Source: an uncultured Verrucomicrobiae bacterium
GTDB lineage: Bacteria; Verrucomicrobiota; Verrucomicrobiia; Chthoniobacterales; JAFAMB01
Direction: 5' to 3'
Length of the DNA stretch: 64,000 nt
Assembly (NCBI GenBank): GCA_963837955.1
Contig: CAWIPH010000002.1
Span: 544,001 to 608,000 of the forward strand
Shown piece by piece: positions 20,655-28,768 of the stretch. The notes under the pieces were generated by a model that searched no databases, was not told the origin of the DNA, and worked only from the letters and a program-made list of their open reading frames with translations. The stretch's first letter is position 1; each line of letters opens with the position of its first letter. A program made the position numbers and the translations under genes.

Positions 20655-21611
20655 CTACCTGGGCGGTCGCGCCGCCCGCCGATTCGCGGGCACACCTCTT
20701 CGGTGCCTCGTCACGGGCTTCTTGGTGTCGGCAGCCTCAAACAATTGCCGAAGCCCGTGTGCCAACAGTTCGACGGCCTTCCCCAGGGCGCCGAGTTGCC
20801 CAACCCGGACTATCGCGACGGATCGGTGCAGGTCAAACGACGGGGGATGCAATACTTTCACGGGATCGATAGAATGATTCCTGGCAATAAAGCGAGCGGG
20901 TAGCAGCCCGACACCATAACCGGACTGAACGAACGCCAGCTGCATATGCATGTTGTGGATTTCAGCCGCAATCATTGGGGTGAAGCCGGCACGCTCCATC
21001 CGATCGATGAGGCTCGCCCGAAGAAAGCACCCGGGCGGATTGAGCACCCAGGGTGCTCGGCCCAAACTTTTCCAATCACCGTCAACGCTGCCTTCGGCGC
21101 CTTGAACGATCTCCATGCGGTCCCTAGCGATGATATTCGTCAGAAGAGGTGGAGGCGCGGTTCTACCTTCGGGCAACAGCACGGCAGCAACGTCGAGTTC
21201 ACCCGCGAGCAGCCGGTGAATTAATTCACCGGTAAGTTCGCTCGACAGCCGCAGTCGGACCTTGGGGTATTTCTCAGTCAGCGCCTGAATAGGTTCGATA
21301 AGCGTCCCCTCGGCCAGGGCATGCGCGAGCCCGATGCGCAGAAGGCCGTGAGGTTCGGCGTCGCTCGACGTAAGAGATTTCAGCGCCTCGGTCCGCTGCA
21401 GCAGATCTCGCGCTTGTTCGAGTACCCTGGAGCCAAGCGAGTTCAGACGCGGCGGCTTTACCGAGCGGTCGAGCAACTCGGCACCCAATGCAGCCTCCAG
21501 CCTTTGCACTTGCCGGGTAATCGCAGAGGGCGTCCGGAATAGACGATCGGCTGCACCGGCGATGGACCCGGCATGGGCGAACTCTACGAGGGCGCGTAAA
21601 TCTTCGAGCAT
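20655..21611 (-). CDS. LysR family transcriptional regulator
   Basis: GSIAGAADRLFRTPSAITRQVQRLE, LRIG, GELDVA. Confidence 0.93.
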   Translation of the reverse strand: MLEDLRALVEFAHAGSIAGAADRLFRTPSAITRQVQRLEAALGAELLDRSVKPPRLNSLGSRVLEQARDLLQRTEALKSLTSSDAEPHGLLRIGLAHALAEGTLIEPIQALTEKYPKVRLRLSSELTGELIHRLLAGELDVAAVLLPEGRTAPPPLLTNIIARDRMEIVQGAEGSVDGDWKSLGRAPWVLNPPGCFLRASLIDRMERAGFTPMIAAEIHNMHMQLAFVQSGYGVGLLPARFIARNHSIDPVKVLHPPSFDLHRSVAIVRVGQLGALGKAVELLAHGLRQLFEAADTKKPVTRHRRGVPANRRAARPPR

Positions 21612-21760
21612 GGGGATCTCCTAAAGTACTCCTAAAACCTCCTCCCGACGATAGCAGAATCGTGCGGAATCGGCAATATCATTGTGATAATAATGAACTT
21701 GTAGAATTGTCGGTTGCCCGTTACAAAGAGCGAGAAGTTTATGCTTTTGTTGAAACCCTG

Positions 21761-22732
21761 ATGCCTCACGCAATTCAAATTCGGCAGACTGGCGGTCCCG
21801 AGGTTTTGAACTGGACAGCGGTCGATGTCGGTGGGCCCGGGTCGGGTCAGGTGCGCCTGCGCCAGGCGGCCGCAGGCCTCAACTACGTCGATGTTTATCA
21901 CCGCACCGGATACTACCCGCAGCCGCTTCCCTTTATCCCGGGCCTCGAAGGCGCCGGGACCGTAGAGGCAGTCGCCCAGGATGTGCGCGGTCTGAAAGTC
22001 GGCGATCGGGTGGCCTATGCCGGTCCTACCGGCGGCTATTCCGAGGTGCGGCTCATAGAGGCCGATCGGCTGGTGAGATTACCGGATGCAATCTCGTTCG
22101 ATCAAGCAGCCGCGATGATGCTGCAGGGTATGACTGCGCAGGTGCTGATCCGGCAGGTGTATCCCGTCAAGGCGGGTGACTTGATCCTCGTGCATACCGC
22201 GGCCGGCGGAACGGGCCTCATTCTCTGTCAGTGGGCGGCCGCCCTCGGCGCAACGGTCATCGGCACCGTTTCGACGGAAGCTAAGGCCGAAATGGCCCAC
22301 GCCCACGGCTGCAAACACACCATCCTCTATTCCAAACAGGATTTCGTAGCGGAAGTTTCCCGTATCTCCGGCGGTGAGAAACTGCCGGTGGTCTTCGATT
22401 CCGTCGGCAAGGATACCTTCTTACGCTCGCTCGATTGTCTAAGATCGCGTGGCTTGATGGTGACGTTCGGACAATCTTCCGGTCCAATCGACCCTATTGC
22501 ACCCGTTCTACTGTCGCAGAAGGGTTCGCTCTTTCTGACACGGCCTTCGCTCTTCCACTACATCGCGCGACGAGAAGAGCTTGAAGCTTCCGCTAACGAG
22601 TTGTTCAATGTGGTGGCTTCAGGGAAGGTGCGCATTAACGTCAATCAGCGTTTTGCACTCAAGGATGCCGCTGACGCCCACAAGGCCTTGGAAGCGCGCG
22701 CCACCTCCGGCTCCACCATCCTGACCATCTAA
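21761..22732 (+). CDS. qor: Quinone oxidoreductase (zeta-crystallin/MDR family)
   Basis: TGGPEVL, GLNYVD, PGLEGAG, AAGGTG, DSVGKDTF, FGQSSG. Confidence 0.92.
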   Translation: MPHAIQIRQTGGPEVLNWTAVDVGGPGSGQVRLRQAAAGLNYVDVYHRTGYYPQPLPFIPGLEGAGTVEAVAQDVRGLKVGDRVAYAGPTGGYSEVRLIEADRLVRLPDAISFDQAAAMMLQGMTAQVLIRQVYPVKAGDLILVHTAAGGTGLILCQWAAALGATVIGTVSTEAKAEMAHAHGCKHTILYSKQDFVAEVSRISGGEKLPVVFDSVGKDTFLRSLDCLRSRGLMVTFGQSSGPIDPIAPVLLSQKGSLFLTRPSLFHYIARREELEASANELFNVVASGKVRINVNQRFALKDAADAHKALEARATSGSTILTI

Positions 22733-22755
22733 CCCAGTATCCACAGGAGTTTTCC

Positions 22756-23136
22756 ATGAGCAAGACCGCAATTACCTCGCTGGAACTCGCGCCGCCGGTC
22801 GGCCCGTTTTCCCAGGCGATCAAAGTCGATGGTTTCATCTATTTCAGCGGTCAGGTCGGCCAAGACCCGACGACGGGCAAGTTGGTGGCGGGAGGTATTG
22901 CGGCCGAGACGGAGCGCGTCTGCCAGAATCTCTCGGCGGTTCTCAAGGCGGCCGGCAAGGGTTTCGATGATGTCGTGCGCGCTGGTGTGTATCTCACGAG
23001 CATGAGTGATTACGTGGCGTTGAATGGCATTTACGCCAAGCATTTCAGTCAACCCTTTCCCGCCCGTACGGTGATCGCGGTGGCCGCGCTGCCGCTTGGG
23101 GCCTGCGTTGAGATCGACCTCGTCGTCAAGGCTTGA
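22756..23136 (+). CDS. ridA: RidA family reactive intermediate deaminase
   Basis: GPFSQA, SGQVG, PFPAR, LPLGACVEID. Confidence 0.9.
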   Translation: MSKTAITSLELAPPVGPFSQAIKVDGFIYFSGQVGQDPTTGKLVAGGIAAETERVCQNLSAVLKAAGKGFDDVVRAGVYLTSMSDYVALNGIYAKHFSQPFPARTVIAVAALPLGACVEIDLVVKA

Positions 23137-23159
23137 GGCAACAAACGGAGGTTAATCTC

Positions 23160-24065
23160 ATGAAGTACACATTTCACATCGTCGATGTTTTCAGTTCGAC
23201 ACCGTTCGGCGGTAATCAACTCGCGGTTCTGCCTGACGCGGCGGGCATTTCGACCGAGGGCATGCAGAAGATTGCTCGCGAATTCAATTTCGGCGAAACG
23301 GCCTTCGCCCTGCCGAAGAACGATCCCAATACCTATCGCGTGCGCATCTTCTCACCTCGGACGGAGCTCGACTTCGCGGGGCATCCCTCGGTCGGCACAG
23401 CCTGTGCGCTCGTGATGAAACAGCACGTACGGCTTAGTGATCGAATCCGGCTAATTCTTGAGGAGAATGTCGGGCCCGTGATAGTCGATGTCGCCCAGCG
23501 AAACGGGGGGGTCCACGGCACGTTGACGTTATCGGGGAAGATTGAGGCACCGACCGGCGCACCTTCTCCGACTGATCTCGCCGCCGTCCTATCCATCGAG
23601 CCAGCCGAGGTGAGCCAAGTCTTTTTCGCAGGCGTCGGTGTTCCACTCTGTTTTGCGCAGCTGACGTCGAACGAGGCTGTCGATCGGGCGGCGATCAATC
23701 GGTCTGCCTGGGCGGCAACGCTCTCGCGAGCGTGGTCTCCCCACATCTTCTTCTTCGCGGGAAATCTACAGGATGGCGGCAAGCTCTATGCTCGCATGTG
23801 GGCACCCGCGCTGGGCGTTGAAGAAGATGCCGCGACGGGCGGCGCTTGTGCAGCCCTCGTCGGGGCGATGGCATCAAAGCCCGATTTTGGCGGGACGGCC
23901 TATCGTCTTTCGATCCAGCAAGGTGTCTCGATGGGGCGCCGAAGCGAAATCGAAGCAGAGGCGCGTAAGAGCGACGGCGTTGTGTCCTCTGTCAGCGTGG
24001 GTGGCGCCACGGCCTACGTCGCAAGCGGCGAAATCGACGTGCCGCCGTCTGCGCTTGTGTCTTAG
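23160..24065 (+). CDS. PhzF family isomerase/epimerase
   Basis: VDVFS..PFGGNQLAV, FAGHPSVG, EDAATGGA, QGVSMGRRS. Confidence 0.92.
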   Translation: MKYTFHIVDVFSSTPFGGNQLAVLPDAAGISTEGMQKIAREFNFGETAFALPKNDPNTYRVRIFSPRTELDFAGHPSVGTACALVMKQHVRLSDRIRLILEENVGPVIVDVAQRNGGVHGTLTLSGKIEAPTGAPSPTDLAAVLSIEPAEVSQVFFAGVGVPLCFAQLTSNEAVDRAAINRSAWAATLSRAWSPHIFFFAGNLQDGGKLYARMWAPALGVEEDAATGGACAALVGAMASKPDFGGTAYRLSIQQGVSMGRRSEIEAEARKSDGVVSSVSVGGATAYVASGEIDVPPSALVS

Positions 24066-24357
24066 ACCGTCGAGTGTGCCCCCATGCGCGTGAACCGCAG
24101 GAACCGGTCATTTTGATAGCTCACCAAATGCTTGCATCATCAAGAGAGTGGAACCATGAGAATAGTTGGTGGCGGCATCAACACGAGGTTCACCCACCGC
24201 CCGAAGGAGCGGAGTCTTCAGAGAACCCCTACGCAAATCATGGCTGTCGCCTTCGCGGCCTCCGCTCTTGCTTTTGGGGCTATCGCCTTCGCTGCGGGGG
24301 ATCCCTTGCACGATGTATCGGCGGCAGGTCCGCGGCTGCGCGAAGCTCCTTAAAGCG

Positions 24358-24388
24358 GTCTATAGGGGTCAGTCAACAAATCTTGACA
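24358..24388 (+). mobile_element. Solo MITE end
   Basis: GTCTATAGGGGTCAGTCAACAAATCTTGACA identical to 19945-19975. Confidence 0.85.
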
Positions 24389-24513
24389 CAAATCATCGAG
24401 AAGCACGAAACCGACTACGCCGCAGCTCCCACCATTGTTATCAAATGCACGGTTCGGTGGGGTGCAACCAGCTAATCCGCAAACCTCCCACCCGTGGGCG
24501 AATGAATCCTCTG
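24389..24513 (+). repeat. 125-bp direct repeat, copy B (displaced lacI 3' end)
   Basis: Encodes QIIEKHETDYAAAPTIVIKCTVRWGATS*. Confidence 0.95.
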
Positions 24514-24820
24514 AATGTTGCCTTGGTGATCAAACCGCGAGTTGTGACGCGCGTAGCAGTGTCCCGCCGCGCGACCGCTCATAATCCGCCCCGCAACGCT
24601 GGTCGGACCGACATGTTCGCAGGTTCGCCGTGGCGATTGAGTCACGGAAGTCGCCTCTAGACAAGCCAGACCAGCTAAGGAATTGCCTTCGGTTGTTTTC
24701 CTTGATAACAGCGAACGCTTGCAAAACCTATTTGGGAATTCGCTCGCGCCTCATTGCGCGGGAGGCGCGAGATGATTTGCCAATCCTAACCGGCGTGGCA
24801 TTGTTGGCGTTGCTCGATCC

Positions 24821-24908
24821 GGAGGGATGGCAGAGCGGTTTAATGCACCGGTCTTGAAAACCGGAGACCCGCAAGGGTCCGTGGGTTCGAATCCCACTCC
24901 CTCCGCCA
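24821..24908 (+). tRNA. tRNA-Ser(UGA)
   Basis: GGAGGGA acceptor, CCGGT-CTTGAAA-ACCGG anticodon arm, long variable arm GACCCGCAAGGGTC, GGTTCGAATCC, encoded CCA. Confidence 0.97.
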
Positions 24909-24996
24909 CTTTCCGCGCACAGCACACTTAGCGTCAGCGTTTTAAGCGCTTCAGCCTTTTACCGGTCTACGAACTACGCCAACAGCCGCTAGCCAC

Positions 24997-25449
24997 CTAA
25001 GGCTTGCTGGCTTTCGCTCCGCCTTTGCCTTTCTTAAGCTCCTCAAACTGCTTAATCTGGTCTGGCGTTAGAATGGTTGCTAGCTCATCCAGTTCCTGGC
25101 GCGGTATATTTCGTCTATGGCCGCCGAAGATCCCAGCGCTACTCTTTCCACCAGCACTACTCTTTCCACCGCGCCCGTGCTTTTGTCTCTGGTCGTCCGC
25201 TGGCCGCGCGTCGCTTTCGTTTCCATTGGCTGCAGCGACGTCATTGAGCGGATCACGATACTTGACGATGATATCGTCGAACCGATCCCGTTGAGCCGCT
25301 GTAATTCCGAGCTGTTTCTCCAGGCGGGTAAGACTAGGATCCGAGTAATGAACAATAATCGGGTCTTCGGCCATCGTTGGGCCGATGCAAAAGAGCCAGA
25401 ACATGAAAGACCAACCTGCGGTGTGCGATCGCTGCATGCCTGAAGCCAT
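24997..25449 (-). CDS. Small secreted Spy/CpxP-like helical protein
   Basis: Signal-like N-terminus, LGITAAQR and ILTPDQIKQF motifs; internal GGKSSA duplication. Confidence 0.55.
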   Translation of the reverse strand: MASGMQRSHTAGWSFMFWLFCIGPTMAEDPIIVHYSDPSLTRLEKQLGITAAQRDRFDDIIVKYRDPLNDVAAANGNESDARPADDQRQKHGRGGKSSAGGKSSAGIFGGHRRNIPRQELDELATILTPDQIKQFEELKKGKGGAKASKP

Positions 25450-25675
25450 AGCGACCTATTTTAAAGATCGCTAGTTTTGTAGGAAAAGCGGCCCCAGATT
25501 TGCCCGGGCGGCCACCAAGTCCACTTCAACGGCAAGATTACTGAGGGGATTTCACGTATTCTCTCGTCCGACGAAAGCTTTTGCTGGAACGACAGTAGGA
25601 GCCTGCGATCACGTCCAGCTGTTTCCTTTGTTGTATTAGATCCTCGACGGAAGGCTATTACAGATGCGCTTTATT

Positions 25676-25704
25676 GGTCCGTGGGTTCGAATCCCCGCGC
25701 CACT
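25676..25704 (+). repeat. tRNA-Ser 3' fragment (attR-like)
   Basis: GGTCCGTGGGTTCGAATCCC identical to 24876-24895, followed by CGCCACT. Confidence 0.85.
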
Positions 25705-25712
25705 CTAAATCC

Positions 25713-26408
25713 CTATTTCGAACGAGATTGGGGAGGTTGCGGAATCTTGATCGCAATTTCCGTAAATGTGGAGCCGTCGCTTGTCGCCGAGATTTCTCCG
25801 TTAATCTGCGCTAACTCCCCGCGCGCGCGAAACAAGCCTAATCCGAATGCCTCGGTAAATTTCCCTGTTGTAAAAAATGGATCGAAGATGCGCGGCAACA
25901 CCTCTTTCTTTATCCCTTTGCCGTTATCCCGAAACCGTAAAATCGCCTTGTCCTTTTGCCCTTCGAATTCGTACTCGACCCGAGTGGCTCCCGCAGCCAG
26001 CGCATTCCGATAGATCTCTTCCAGGATTTGGCGCAACTTCGCCGGATCCGCTTCCATCGCGCCAGCCATCCGTGGGTTTTTCGCCACCGCCTTTAGGTTA
26101 CCCGGTATTGTGCACTCCCGGAACAGAGCTTCTAACTGTACGGTTTGGAAACGGTGCGGAGTCGATTTGGCCGCAATGGCCGCTTCGTCTACGATCTGCG
26201 AGAGCATTTGCGTCGCTTTGGCCATGTGCTCCACCGGATCTCGAATCTCGCGCGCCAGGTCCGAGTCCATCAGGATTAAGCCGCTGTGGCCTGATAAGAC
26301 CGTCGTCACGTTGTTGAGCTTGTGAATTAAACCAGCCAGGAGGCTGGAGTAATATTCAGAGGAGTACAGTGTTCGTGCTGGGCTGGAGGGGCTTGGGGGC
26401 TTCAGCAC
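25713..26408 (-). CDS. Sensorless histidine kinase (HisKA + HATPase_c)
   Basis: LIHKLNN H-box, YRNA, RDNGKGI, IFDPFFTT, GLGL; start uncertain (GTG at 26408). Confidence 0.85.
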   Translation of the reverse strand: MLKPPSPSSPARTLYSSEYYSSLLAGLIHKLNNVTTVLSGHSGLILMDSDLAREIRDPVEHMAKATQMLSQIVDEAAIAAKSTPHRFQTVQLEALFRECTIPGNLKAVAKNPRMAGAMEADPAKLRQILEEIYRNALAAGATRVEYEFEGQKDKAILRFRDNGKGIKKEVLPRIFDPFFTTGKFTEAFGLGLFRARGELAQINGEISATSDGSTFTEIAIKIPQPPQSRSK

Positions 26409-27100
26409 GGAAATTCTCCCCCCGCATACGCGCTTATTCCAAGTTTTGGGCCTCCGGATTCGGACCGAATTCCTGATAGTTCCGTTATTGGTGAGCGGAA
26501 TGCGGATCTGATAAAGTCGTCTTGGTTCGCCTGGCACAGAAATCCCCCAAATCCGTATGCGCTCATTTCGAGGCTTTGGATGCCGGATCCGGGCTGAATT
26601 TTTGTTCGTCCGCTCGTTCCCGAACAGAACGCTAATTTGCTAAGGGCGTTTCGTTGGGTGCCGCTCGGACGGCCGGTCAGGCTCGATTGATGTGCCTTGT
26701 TTGTTTTCGGTCGCGCCGAGCCGGTTACACCAACGCTCCCGGCCGCAAAGCTGTATATTGCTCTATTCGATCCGTTTTCGGCTTTGTCTTTCACTCGATC
26801 CGCAAACTCTCCGAGCTGTCGAGGCGGCAAATCTGCCTGCTTTCCCGCACAGGTCAGTAGAGCCGCCCCCAGATTTTTGCTATCCCTAATCCTTGAACCA
26901 GCCTTGCCCGAAATTGCAGGCCATCCTGATCGTTCTCGAACCAACAATTCCCACCGGGTTCGCCTCAGAAGACTGAGTCGCACCTGTCCCGAACAATGTT
27001 TGAAAATCATAGCACATCCGTTTGTCGTCGTCCTTTTGCATCCAAATCTCGGAGTCTGTGTACAGAGCAGACCACTAGATAATCTAATTTGTCGTGCAAA

Positions 27101-27922
27101 TTACAGCAATTCTAGCGAGAAATCGACGGCTGAAGCCGAATGCGTCAGCTGCCCGACCGAAATAAAGTCGACACCGGTTTCCGCTATGGCCCGAATCGTC
27201 CGGAGGTTGACTCCTCCGCTCGCTTCAAATCTTAAGCCAGGACGGCGAAGGCCGATGCATGCCCGCATCTCGTCGGGAGCCATATTATCGAGGAGAATGA
27301 CATCCACCTCGGGGAATCGTACAAAATCGCGCACTTGTGCCAGCGAATCCGCCTCGAGTTCTATCAAAATATCGGGATGCTGCTTCCGCAAAGCTTGAAT
27401 CGCAGCGGGCAGATCCGGTTTGGCCAGCAAATGGTTATCCTTAACCATGACCGCATCGAAGAGTCCCATGCGATGATTAGTTCCACCGCCTGCCGCGACG
27501 GCCTCCTTTTCCAGCTTTCGCAGACCCGGTGTTGTCTTCCGAGTGTCCAGAATCTTAGCTCCAGTTCCTTTGACTGCTTCCACGAACGATCGGGTCAACG
27601 TGGCGACTCCCGACAATCGTTGCAGGAAATTCAAGGCGACCCGCTCGGCCGTCAGAATCGAGCGGGTATGCCCGGAGATATGAAGAATAGTATCTCCTGG
27701 GTTAACCTCGGCGCTATCGGGCTGGGCGATCTCGACCAGGAGACTCGGATCGACTTGCTGGAAAGCCGATTTCGCCGCCTCGGTTCCGGCGACGATGGCC
27801 GTCTGTTTTGCCAAAATTCGGGCCTGGGACTGGTGAGTCTCTGGGATGAAAAACCTGGAAGTGAGATCGCCGGCGCCAACATCTTCGGCTAGCGCTACAG
27901 CCACGGGGTCAACGGAAGCCAC
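27101..27922 (-). CDS. nadC: Nicotinate-nucleotide pyrophosphorylase
   Basis: ALAEDVGAGDLT, ERVALNF, DTRKTTPG, KDNH, LLDNM, EASGG. Confidence 0.97.
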   Translation of the reverse strand: MASVDPVAVALAEDVGAGDLTSRFFIPETHQSQARILAKQTAIVAGTEAAKSAFQQVDPSLLVEIAQPDSAEVNPGDTILHISGHTRSILTAERVALNFLQRLSGVATLTRSFVEAVKGTGAKILDTRKTTPGLRKLEKEAVAAGGGTNHRMGLFDAVMVKDNHLLAKPDLPAAIQALRKQHPDILIELEADSLAQVRDFVRFPEVDVILLDNMAPDEMRACIGLRRPGLRFEASGGVNLRTIRAIAETGVDFISVGQLTHSASAVDFSLELL

Positions 27923-28019
27923 GGGTGGGAGCGTAGTCTGGATTCGCCAAATCTCAAATGGGCGTAAGAGCGGATTTCTTCCGTAATCGTCTGCACTCTT
28001 AGAAACAAATAAATTAATA

Positions 28020-28062
28020 GTTGTGTTATAGAAAATAACATCTTATAAGAAGGTTGTGTTAT
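28020..28062. promoter_or_regulatory. AT-rich operator region upstream of the T4SS operon
   Basis: TGTTAT-N5-ATAACA (28024-28040), palindrome TCTTATAAGA (28041-28050), direct repeat GTTGTGTTAT (28020, 28053). Confidence 0.5.
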
Positions 28063-28402
28063 GAAGACACCTCTTAAACAACCCAAGCATCAGCTGCTAT
28101 ATGCATGGATAAAATTGTCTACCCTTCTGCTTGTGGCTTCGATGATGTGGACCTCGGCCTACGCGCAGACCGGTTTAGACACATTTATCAACCCTCTAAA
28201 GCAGGGATTGAATCTGATCGTTGTTTTCGGGTTTATCGCCGGTTGCGTCATGGTTATCGGAGGTTTTCTAAATGCACGCCGGGACGAGAACTGGAAAATG
28301 ACGGTCATCTATGGAATCGGCGTCGCTGGGGCGGTGGCATTGATGAAGGCTCTCTTCACAATTTTCGGCGGCACCGCCGCTAACACGGTTAATGGTTTCT
28401 AG
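28061..28402 (+). CDS. virB2: VirB2/TrbC-like T4SS pilin
   Basis: Long signal peptide ending AYA-Q, two hydrophobic helices around a charged loop; first gene before virB3/virB4. Confidence 0.7.
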   Translation: MKTPLKQPKHQLLYAWIKLSTLLLVASMMWTSAYAQTGLDTFINPLKQGLNLIVVFGFIAGCVMVIGGFLNARRDENWKMTVIYGIGVAGAVALMKALFTIFGGTAANTVNGF

Positions 28403-28429
28403 CGCCTGAAGAGAGGTATTGGAGCTGAT

Positions 28430-28768
28430 ATGAGCGAGGTTCTCATATACACAGATAGCCGCCCTCGAGCAAAGTCGACTGGGCACGCGTTCGGGTTTGA
28501 GGGAAATCTTGGGATGGGGGTAATCATCGCGGGGATGATCTCGGTTTTCATCTTGACTATGATGCTGCAAACCGGGAATCCGATGCCACTCCCTTGGAAA
28601 TTCGCGTTCGCTTCGTTGCCGACGTTGCTGACGACCGGCTACATCAGCCTACTTCGAAACAAGAAGCCTCCGCGCTTTGATTTGGATCTTCTGATCACTG
28701 TTGTCAATGGCCCCACGTTTCAACCCGCGCGAGTGCAGCCGCGCCATCCCTTCCTTCCGCTTAAATGA
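28430..28768 (+). CDS. virB3: VirB3/TrbD-like membrane protein
   Basis: 112 aa, two TM helices, ATGA overlap with virB4. Confidence 0.6.
   Translation: MSEVLIYTDSRPRAKSTGHAFGFEGNLGMGVIIAGMISVFILTMMLQTGNPMPLPWKFAFASLPTLLTTGYISLLRNKKPPRFDLDLLITVVNGPTFQPARVQPRHPFLPLK

Noticed and set aside
20018..24388. TGT...ACA-ended transposon enclosing lysR-phzF
   Set aside because: The IRs can be read this way, but shared sequence beyond TTGACAG in two copies (1652 and 19969) indicates the GGGG side is the outer end; not fully excluded.
24074..24475. 133-aa ORF ending like LacI
   Set aside because: Chimeric read-through across the MITE end and the duplicated lacI tail.
26402..27398. 202-aa and 233-aa ORFs
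   Set aside because: Ser/Arg/Pro-rich non-protein-like composition, overlapping nadC or the kinase; treated as shadow ORFs.
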